From positions 32,001 through 96,000 of the IMG/VR virus record IMGVR_UViG_3300031950_000001: a stretch of 64,000 nt of DNA, one strand, 5' to 3'. Source of the DNA: a virus. Below, piece after piece: positions 1 through 7,285 of the stretch; position 1 is the first letter of the stretch, and every line of letters begins with the position of its first letter. A program made the position numbers and the translations under genes. Below the pieces are notes generated by a model, which saw nothing but the letters and a program-made list of their open reading frames with translations, was not told the origin of the DNA and searched no databases.

Positions 1-304
1 CTCAAGACTGAGAAAGTTGAAGCGTTTGAACCGTGAGTTATCCCGCCGACAAGAGAGTAGAGGAAGAAGTTGGCGACGCTACATCGTCGGATATTTGAAT
101 ACCGCTAGAAGCATTGAGCGGGAAGCATTACGTTTAATCGACAGATGCCGGAGTGGGTTCACGGACTCTCTAAACGGGCGTGGACGGGAAGGCTCTGGCT
201 ATCGGGAAACCGATAGTGAAACCGGCCCGAATAAAGCGCCAAAATTGGCCGAAGAAAGGCGGCCTTCCAGACCTGCCGTTGTTTAGGCAGGTTTGGTAAA
301 CCAG
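1..304 (+). mobile_element. Non-autonomous IS607 derivative (deleted tnpB remnant plus right end/omegaRNA), cut by the window start
   Basis: Matches pieces of the tnpB at 52778-54043 and ends in the same right end GGCAGGTTTGGTAAACCAG. It has the internal deletion junction CGGATA|TTTGAA. Confidence 0.9.
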
Positions 305-311
305 GTGTAAC

Positions 312-572
312 ATGCTGATCGCAGACTTTCGTACCGGTAAAATGACCAAACTGGCCATTGATTGGAAGGGTCTTTTCTCTGTTCTAATGTCGGGCGCGGT
401 AGGTGGAATTGGCGGACTCGGCGCTGGCGGTCTTATTGACCTACTCCGTGGAGACGGAACGCAGGACTATACCAAAACGCTCGGACTAATCGGTCTGATT
501 AGCGGTCTTGGTTATGGCGGCGCCAGAAAGCTGCTTGAGTATTTATTTAGTGATCATAAGGAGGAAAAATAA
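312..572 (+). CDS. Leader-family A protein (short; leader plus glycine-zipper hairpin)
   Basis: Starts MLIADFRTGKMTKLA, followed by two GxxxG-rich hydrophobic helices. Confidence 0.85.
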   Translation: MLIADFRTGKMTKLAIDWKGLFSVLMSGAVGGIGGLGAGGLIDLLRGDGTQDYTKTLGLIGLISGLGYGGARKLLEYLFSDHKEEK

Positions 573-575
573 GGG

Positions 576-830
576 GTGTTGATATTCGACTTTCGTACCG
601 GCAAAATGACTAAGAGGGCGTTCGACTTTGTCGATTTCGTCGATATTGTCGTGCCTGCGTTGAAAGGAGGCATATATGGGCTTATTGGACTAGTGCTTGG
701 CGATATTATCGATCAGCACATTGGTACCAGAAATCGATGGGCCACGATTCTTGGTCTTACGGGCTTGATCGCAGGTTTGGGCATTGGAGGGTACAGCCGC
801 TACTTAGCTCGGCGACACTTAGAGCAATGA
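576..830 (+). CDS. Leader-family A protein (short)
   Basis: Starts MLIFDFRTGKMTKRA, followed by GxxxG helices and the RWATILGLTGL motif. Confidence 0.85.
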   Translation: MLIFDFRTGKMTKRAFDFVDFVDIVVPALKGGIYGLIGLVLGDIIDQHIGTRNRWATILGLTGLIAGLGIGGYSRYLARRHLEQ

Positions 831-910
831 CGTTCAGACTGGACGGTAGTGCTTAGCTGTGAAGAGCGTAGGTTACTAGATGGCTAAGCTCTTTCCGAGA
901 TTCGAAAAAA

Positions 911-2242
911 ATGTTAATACTCGACTTTCGTACTGGCAAAATGACTAAAATAGCGCTAGACTTTAGCGACGCAGCTTCCGCACTGATATCGGCCGGATTA
1001 CTCGGTCTCGGCGGGGCCGGCCTTGGCTATCTCATTGACATGCGAGCCGGGACCGGAAAGCGATGGACTAAGATTCTTGGCTTGTTAGGCCTGCTGGGCG
1101 GGCTTGGGCTCGGTGCGTACGGCCGATATTTGTATAAAACGGACCAAACATCTCCCAATCAGGACGGTATGGCGGCTAGTCCTCTAGCGGTATCTGGCAG
1201 CACGTCCGATACAGCGCCCGAAGAACAGGCTCGCCGCTTGCCAGCCGACGGTTCGCCACTATCAATCGCACCTACCTCTGACAAGGTACAATCTGACGCC
1301 CCATCGGCTAAAACGCGGCCGACACGCCCGTCTAGCGGCTCATCCGACGCGCCACGAACTTCTTCAGGATCGTCGCGTAGTCCGTCCAACCAGCAACAGC
1401 CCTCTGTTTCTATAAGCTCGTCTGCCGGTTCAGCTGGCACGAAACTGCCTCCTAGCCCGCCAGCTGTACAGCATCCTCAAGGGCTGCATAGCGAGTCATC
1501 CAATAGAGCACAATCTCCGTCAGCGTCGTCTGGTCAGGCATCCGGCACGCCACAAACTTCTTCAAAATCAGCGCCCGGTTCATCTGGTACGGCACAATCT
1601 TCGTTAGGGTCATCCGGTCGCCCATCTGCTGCGCCGCCAACTTCTCCAGGATCATCGAGTGGTCCGTCCGACCAGAAACAGACTTCCGGTTCTACAGGAT
1701 CGTCTGCCGGGTCATCTGGTACGAAACCGTCCTCTACAGGGATCAGGCTTTCCGATGACCTCGCACAGAGGTTAGTAGAAAGAGTAAAGACGTTCCTTAA
1801 AGATACGCGGGGATCGCCTGACGATACGGATAGATATAAGGATCTTGATCAAGCACCTAACGAGATGTGCGTTCGACTTGTGCACACGGGAGTCCAAGGC
1901 GGTCAGGGCGTCTATCAGCCGGATGCCCGAGCCTATCGGGCAGCCGCAGAATTTGCTCGCGGCGACGAACAAAAACAGAGAGCAATTCGTCTCGCGAAGC
2001 GTTTCAGTGCACGGATCCATCTGCTTTTATTGCTCCAGCCCAAGCTTGCGCCTGATATGGCACAAGACATAACTCAGCGTATTAACGATGCTCTAACGGT
2101 GTTGCTAACGTTAAAGCCCGACGCATCAAACGCAGACGAGATCGATAAGTATTTTGCAGACAGGCTGCGCGGTTTGTTTAGTAATGATATTATTAATAAG
2201 GCGCTAACCGATCCCTTTTCGATTTCGCCTGAACCACGTTAA
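911..2242 (+). CDS. Leader-family A protein with long Ser/Pro/Gly linker and helical C-domain
   Basis: Starts MLILDFRTGKMTKIA, then glycine zipper and an approximately 200-aa low-complexity linker. Confidence 0.85.
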   Translation: MLILDFRTGKMTKIALDFSDAASALISAGLLGLGGAGLGYLIDMRAGTGKRWTKILGLLGLLGGLGLGAYGRYLYKTDQTSPNQDGMAASPLAVSGSTSDTAPEEQARRLPADGSPLSIAPTSDKVQSDAPSAKTRPTRPSSGSSDAPRTSSGSSRSPSNQQQPSVSISSSAGSAGTKLPPSPPAVQHPQGLHSESSNRAQSPSASSGQASGTPQTSSKSAPGSSGTAQSSLGSSGRPSAAPPTSPGSSSGPSDQKQTSGSTGSSAGSSGTKPSSTGIRLSDDLAQRLVERVKTFLKDTRGSPDDTDRYKDLDQAPNEMCVRLVHTGVQGGQGVYQPDARAYRAAAEFARGDEQKQRAIRLAKRFSARIHLLLLLQPKLAPDMAQDITQRINDALTVLLTLKPDASNADEIDKYFADRLRGLFSNDIINKALTDPFSISPEPR

Positions 2243-2267
2243 ACGAAGTCGAAAGCTGTTTTCAAAT

Positions 2268-2457
2268 TTTATCTTCGTCAGTCCCTGATAGCACTGTACG
2301 GTCCAGAACGAAACTTACCGAACGAAGAAGCGGCTGAAAGGGAATTTCAACCAGTGATAGAGTTGTTTAAGCAGACTAACATCGGAGAGATTCAGAGGGC
2401 GCTAGAAAATCCATTTTCCCTTTTAACTGAATCACCCTAGAAAAGGGGGTAATTATC
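2268..2457 (+). repeat. Intergenic direct repeat R1, copy 1 (coding remnant plus RBS region)
   Basis: Near-identical to 3323-3510 and partly to 4603-4696. Confidence 0.85.
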
Positions 2458-3285
2458 ATGCGAATCCTTGACTTTCGCGCTGGCAAAATGACGAAACGGG
2501 GGTTAGACCTTGGTGATGTTGGTGATGTTCTTTCCGTGGTAGGACCGGGAGCATTGTTTGGTATCGGTGGTGCAGGGCTTGGTAGTATCATTGATATGCT
2601 AGCCGGCACTAAACGTCGATGGACCACGATTCTTGGCCTGACAGGATTGGCTGGAGGCGTTGGGCTTGGAAGTACAGGTCTATTTAAGTCCTGGTTCGCA
2701 GCAGAACGAGGGCCTGAGTTCCCCAAGAAACTAAGTGACATCCCAGCTTATGCTAAGATCTTCCGCTATATCGTATTTATGCGAGCAGATCCGAGTGCAT
2801 TCAAAGGCTCTGATCATCCTATATTTCGACGCCTCCCTGAGATGGATGGAGAGCAGCTGTATTGCCATCTTACGCAGCTGGGGATTGCTCCGAACACGCT
2901 TCCGGGGTATAGAGCGAATCCGTATGTCCATAACGTGGCGGCAAACCTAGTTTCTCCTACCGACCCGCGACAGTTTGCAATTCTACATGCGGCGCATTTC
3001 AACCTGGAAGTTGTGCCGTTACAACTGTGCTGGAACGAGCTTGATGCAAACCAGCGCAACCGACTATTTTCGTCTCTCGGTGCGTATAGGGAGAAATTGG
3101 CTTTAAACGCCAACGACCCTACAATCAGCAAGGAAGCCGATAACGAGTTTAATAAACTAGTAAAGCAACTTATAGAGTACGGGAAAAAAGAGCATGCAGA
3201 TGCACTACGAATATTGCACCAGCAGCATCAAATGGACGTCCAAGAATTTGCTCAACAAATTCAGCAAGTTAAGCAACGACCGTAA
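2458..3285 (+). CDS. Leader-family A protein
   Basis: Starts MRILDFRAGKMTKRG, then glycine zipper and a variable C-domain. Confidence 0.85.
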   Translation: MRILDFRAGKMTKRGLDLGDVGDVLSVVGPGALFGIGGAGLGSIIDMLAGTKRRWTTILGLTGLAGGVGLGSTGLFKSWFAAERGPEFPKKLSDIPAYAKIFRYIVFMRADPSAFKGSDHPIFRRLPEMDGEQLYCHLTQLGIAPNTLPGYRANPYVHNVAANLVSPTDPRQFAILHAAHFNLEVVPLQLCWNELDANQRNRLFSSLGAYREKLALNANDPTISKEADNEFNKLVKQLIEYGKKEHADALRILHQQHQMDVQEFAQQIQQVKQRP

Positions 3286-3322
3286 TGACATTAAAGAACC
3301 CTGATTCATTATCACGATTTCT

Positions 3323-3510
3323 TTTATCTTCGTCGGTTCCTGATAGCATTGTACGATCCAGAGCGAAATTCACTGAACGAAACAGCGGCCGAGAAGGAAT
3401 TTCAACCAGTGATAGAGTTGTTTAAGCAGGCTAACATAAGAGAGATTCAGAAGGCGCTAGAAAATCCGCTTTCCCTTTTAACTGAATCACCCTAGAAAAG
3501 GGTAATTATC
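3323..3510 (+). repeat. Intergenic direct repeat R1, copy 2
   Basis: Near-identical to 2268-2457. Confidence 0.85.
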
Positions 3511-4293
3511 ATGCGAATCCTTGACTTTCGTACCGGCAAAATGACGAAACTGGCGTTAGACTTTGGTTATATTCCTGCTATGGCTATACCGGGAGTATTG
3601 TATGGTATCGGTGGTGCAGGGCTAGGTAGTCTCATTGATAGGCTAGCCGGCACTAAACGTCGATGGACCACGATTCTTGGTCTGCTAGGATTGGCCGGAG
3701 GTGCTGGGGCTGGAGGGTTGCTCCGATATCTGGATGAGCGCTCCAATACTCCTGAAGCGCAGATGCGTCGGTTCCTAACGAATGCAACGGCGCCGCCGTC
3801 TGATCAGTTTGTGCAACAGATGAGCGAGACCTTCCCATATATAGTTGAGACTTTCCGAAAGGCCGCTACCGAAAAGAAACCGAGCGATCTGATTCGTGGT
3901 CTTATCTGGCCATTATACGAGGAAGGCGGAATTTGGCTTTATAACCCGAGTGCCAGCGAGTTCCAACTTATCCTCTATTTCGCTTCTAAAACGCGAAACC
4001 ATGAGATGATACTACCTGCAATTGATCTTGCAACGGATATAGCTGCGCAAGGTCGGTTGCTTTCGCGGTATCAGGAATGGATTCCGGAGAATTTACGGCC
4101 AGAGATAGAGAACCACTTTAGGAACTATGTGAATGCGACTATCGACTATGTCGAAGGTAAGACGCCGGATCCGAACGCGCCTAAATTATATCTTGACAAG
4201 TTGGTGAAACTACTCAAGGATACAAATAAAAAAGAGCTTATAGAAATTGCGGATCTGATCAGACAACCACGTAAGGTTCTACAACAACAGTAA
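3511..4293 (+). CDS. Leader-family A protein
   Basis: Starts MRILDFRTGKMTKLA. The C-domain is paralogous to 5155-5922 (GRLLSRYQ..IPE.LRPEIE.HF.NY). Confidence 0.85.
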   Translation: MRILDFRTGKMTKLALDFGYIPAMAIPGVLYGIGGAGLGSLIDRLAGTKRRWTTILGLLGLAGGAGAGGLLRYLDERSNTPEAQMRRFLTNATAPPSDQFVQQMSETFPYIVETFRKAATEKKPSDLIRGLIWPLYEEGGIWLYNPSASEFQLILYFASKTRNHEMILPAIDLATDIAAQGRLLSRYQEWIPENLRPEIENHFRNYVNATIDYVEGKTPDPNAPKLYLDKLVKLLKDTNKKELIEIADLIRQPRKVLQQQ

Positions 4294-4297
4294 ACAA

Positions 4298-4503
4298 GAA
4301 CGGGAATACTGATAACGATCAAAATTTTGATTCCGGAATCAAATTTCGATGATGGTTCCGGAATACGCCAATGGTGCGGGCTGATATAGCCCGTTTTTCG
4401 TGGTCTTGGCCGTGAGAGTATTAGGTCAACCTGATTAAGTTATTCATCTCGGCGCCAAATGCGCACAAATTCATGTTAATACTCGATTTTCGTACCGGCC
4501 GAT
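4298..4503 (+). repeat. Intergenic direct repeat R2, copy 1
   Basis: Near-identical to about 5928-6135. Includes the 18-bp palindrome and the first 10 leader codons. Confidence 0.85.
4326..4343. repeat. Dispersed palindrome TTTGATTCCGGAATCAAA
   Basis: Exact 18-bp palindrome, intergenic. Confidence 0.95.
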
Positions 4504-4607
4504 ATAACAGAATTCAGCCCGAAGGCTACGATCCAGATCCCGTAGACTACCAAGCTGCTAGCCAAGCTGCTATAATAAAATCTGTACCGTCCAAACCGAC
4601 GAAGTGA
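4473..4607 (+). pseudogene. Deleted or chimeric leader-family A remnant
   Basis: MLILDFRTGR is fused directly to GYDPDPVDYQAA (compare GYDPDVLDFQVA in 5155-5922). 44 aa. Confidence 0.7.
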
Positions 4608-4696
4608 TAGAGTTGTTTAAGCAGGCTAACGTCGGAGAGATTCAAAGGGCTATAGAAATCCGTTTTCCCTTTTAACTGAATCACCCTAGAAAGGAG

Positions 4697-5144
4697 GTTA
4701 AAGCTGTTTTCAAATAACTAACTATACCGCTACAAACATACCAATAACACTTGACAAGAGACAAAGATGCGATATACTAATTGGTAAGGATTACCTGCTG
4801 GTCGACAGTGAAATAATCGAGGTTGACCGTCGTTCGGTATAGACACGGGCGTCAAGGCGTTAGCCGTTCTCTCAGATGGAAAGCGGTACGAGAACCAAGT
4901 ACTGCTACGCTCAAGACTGAGAAGTTGTCGACGCTACATCGACGGATATTTGAACGCCGCTCGGAACATTGAGCGGGAAGCGTTACGTTTGATCAACAGA
5001 GGCCGGAGTGGGTTCACGGACTCTCTAAACGGACGTGGACAGGACGTAAGACCCTTCGGGGCAGTCCTGGATGAAACGTCAAAATTGGCTGAAGAAAGGC
5101 AGCCTTCCATTCCTGCCGTGGTTTAGGCAGGTTTGGTAAACCAG
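4697..5144 (+). mobile_element. Complete non-autonomous IS607 derivative (448 bp), inserted at GGAG in the RBS of 5155
   Basis: Left end GTTAAAGCTGTTTTCAAAT and right end ...GGTAAACCAG match the full element. tnpA and most of tnpB are deleted. Confidence 0.92.
4751..4778 (+). promoter_or_regulatory. sigma70-like promoter in the left end of the IS607 derivative
   Basis: TTGACA-16 bp-TATACT. Confidence 0.6.
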
Positions 5145-5154
5145 GGTAACTATC

Positions 5155-5922
5155 ATGTTAATCCTTGACTTTCGCACCGGCAAAATGACGAAACTGGCGT
5201 TAGACTTTGGTGATGTTGCGTCCGTGGCGATACCGGGGGCGTTGTTGGGTCTCGGTGGTGTGGGGCTCGGTAGTCTAATTGATATGCTAGCCGGCACTAA
5301 ACGTCGATGGACCACGATTCTTGGTCTGACAGGACTGGCCGGAGGTGCGGGGCTTGGAGGATTGGGTCGATATCTGTATAAGCGCGATCCTACATATCAG
5401 ACGTTTGTGTTCCTAGATAAGGCATTCACGCCGGCGACTGAGTCGGATGTGCAGAAGAAGTTCGGTAACAACCCAGACGCGATTGCGGCGCACCAAACCC
5501 GAATCAATAACATGACGCCGACCGAACTGATTAATAGTCTTATCGAACCAATGTACAAGGACTTTTGGGGGTATGACCCGGATGTTCTCGATTTCCAAGT
5601 TGCCCGCTATCTCGTTTCTAAACAGGCCGATAACGCGAAATTAACCGCACTTAATATCGCCGTGGATATAGCGGTACGAGGTCGGTTGCTTTCGCGGTAT
5701 CAGAAACGGATTCCGGAGGATTTACGGCCAGAAATAGAGAAACACTTTATGAACTATGCGCGCGAAATGACCAATCAGTTCGCAAGTGCGAATCCAAATT
5801 GGGAAGTGCCTAAATCGCATCTTCAGACGTTGGTAGGGTTACTCGTGGCGACGAATCAAGAAGAGGTCGAAAAACTTGCGAAGCTAGTCGCAAATCCATA
5901 TAGCGTTCGGGATCAATCATAA
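5155..5922 (+). CDS. Leader-family A protein
   Basis: Starts MLILDFRTGKMTKLA, then glycine zipper. Confidence 0.85.
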   Translation: MLILDFRTGKMTKLALDFGDVASVAIPGALLGLGGVGLGSLIDMLAGTKRRWTTILGLTGLAGGAGLGGLGRYLYKRDPTYQTFVFLDKAFTPATESDVQKKFGNNPDAIAAHQTRINNMTPTELINSLIEPMYKDFWGYDPDVLDFQVARYLVSKQADNAKLTALNIAVDIAVRGRLLSRYQKRIPEDLRPEIEKHFMNYAREMTNQFASANPNWEVPKSHLQTLVGLLVATNQEEVEKLAKLVANPYSVRDQS

Positions 5923-5958
5923 AAAAACGAACGGGAATATTGATCGGTATCAAAAAAT

Positions 5959-5976
5959 TTTGATTCCGGAATCAAA
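5959..5976. repeat. Dispersed palindrome TTTGATTCCGGAATCAAA
   Basis: Exact copy, within repeat R2 copy 2. Confidence 0.95.
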
Positions 5977-6105
5977 TTTCGATGATGGTTCCGGAATACG
6001 CCAATGGTGCAGACCGATATAGCCCGTTTTTCGTGGTCTTGGCCGTGAGAGTATTAGGTCAACCTGATTAAGTTATTCATCTCGGCGCCAAATGCGCACA
6101 AATTC

Positions 6106-6918
6106 ATGTTAATACTCGATTTTCGTACCGGCCGAATGACCAAGTTTGCTTTGGAATGGCGCGGGCCGCTTGTTGATTGGCAAGGACTGGCTCGTGACTG
6201 GGGGTTGATCGGGCTACTGACCCTTGGCGGACTCGGCGTCGGCAGTCTTGTTGATTGGCTTCGCGATCGAAAGCTCTTTAGTGACGTCTCAAAACGAATT
6301 TTGTTGCTAAGCTTAGCGGTGGGATCGGTCGCTACGCTCGGCCGTTTTATGAATCAAAATATTTGGCTATATTTGCGGAAACGGAAACCGCTGGAAGGCC
6401 AAGGAAAAGAAATCGCGGACAAACATATCGAATTTGCCGCAAAATTACTAGAATTGCATAAAAGCGCGGCGAACGGATCAGCACAGATCAAGGACCCAGG
6501 ATTGCCAGTTGATATGACATTGAGTGAGATCGTCCGCGCAGGCAAGACGGGTGATCATCGATTCCTCGACGCGATTCAGAAGGTTTTGCAAAGTACGCGT
6601 TATAACCTGGATCAGGATTATAAAAACGCCGTCGATGATCTACTAAACTCCGTCGCGTTCTGGCATCTAATGCAAGCCATGCTTTCGAAAGTGCCGCCAA
6701 ACCACCCGATACGACAGACAATCAACCAGAAAATGGATCGCTGTATGCTTGATCCGCGCGTCGCGCGACAAGCGGAAGTTGAATCGATGAAGGCCGATCT
6801 TAGCGCCTTACAAATTCCCAATGCGCACGCTACAGTAGAGACGTTATTCTCGAATCCAGATGCGTTTATACAATCATGGCCGCAAATGTCGGCTAAACTC
6901 TTTGAACAGACAAAATAG
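6106..6918 (+). CDS. Leader-family A protein (divergent)
   Basis: Starts MLILDFRTGRMTKFA, then two hydrophobic helices and a unique C-domain. Confidence 0.85.
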   Translation: MLILDFRTGRMTKFALEWRGPLVDWQGLARDWGLIGLLTLGGLGVGSLVDWLRDRKLFSDVSKRILLLSLAVGSVATLGRFMNQNIWLYLRKRKPLEGQGKEIADKHIEFAAKLLELHKSAANGSAQIKDPGLPVDMTLSEIVRAGKTGDHRFLDAIQKVLQSTRYNLDQDYKNAVDDLLNSVAFWHLMQAMLSKVPPNHPIRQTINQKMDRCMLDPRVARQAEVESMKADLSALQIPNAHATVETLFSNPDAFIQSWPQMSAKLFEQTK

Positions 6919-6945
6919 CGGTCGAATCCTGCCGTCTTTGTGAAA

Positions 6946-6963
6946 TTTGATTCCGGAATCAAA
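6946..6963. repeat. Dispersed palindrome TTTGATTCCGGAATCAAA
   Basis: Exact copy. Confidence 0.95.
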
Positions 6964-7000
6964 ATCATCGTTGTTTTTAGTTTGACGGGACAAGAAACGT

Positions 7001-7285
7001 ATGCGAATTGTACTCGACAATAAAGAATTTGAATGTAAGAAGTTCGTCGTATTCGACAAGTTTGGCAACGCGGTCGCTGCCGGATATGATCATGCTGATG
7101 TCCTCGTGTTTGATACATGTGCCGGCCCCGATTTTCCGAAAATTCTCTCCATTGTTGGCTATCCAGATCGTCTTCCAACACAGATCATTGATACAAAACC
7201 ATTAATACCGGAGCTTTCTCCTATCAAGCCTGACACAGGTGCCGACCATGCAGGAAACGACCATTGGACAACTCTTAATTTCTAG
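7001..7285 (+). CDS. Hypothetical protein
   Basis: 94-aa ATG ORF filling the gap before the RNAP gene and overlapping its start. Confidence 0.55.
   Translation: MRIVLDNKEFECKKFVVFDKFGNAVAAGYDHADVLVFDTCAGPDFPKILSIVGYPDRLPTQIIDTKPLIPELSPIKPDTGADHAGNDHWTTLNF

Noticed and set aside
17-286. 89-aa ORF as a functional gene (likewise 56413-56718 and 5079-5315)
   Set aside because: These are frames running through deleted tnpB/right-end remnants.
312-830. Two-peptide bacteriocin locus
   Set aside because: The GxxxG peptides resemble class IIb bacteriocins, but there is no double-glycine leader, transporter or immunity gene, and the same leader heads much longer proteins.
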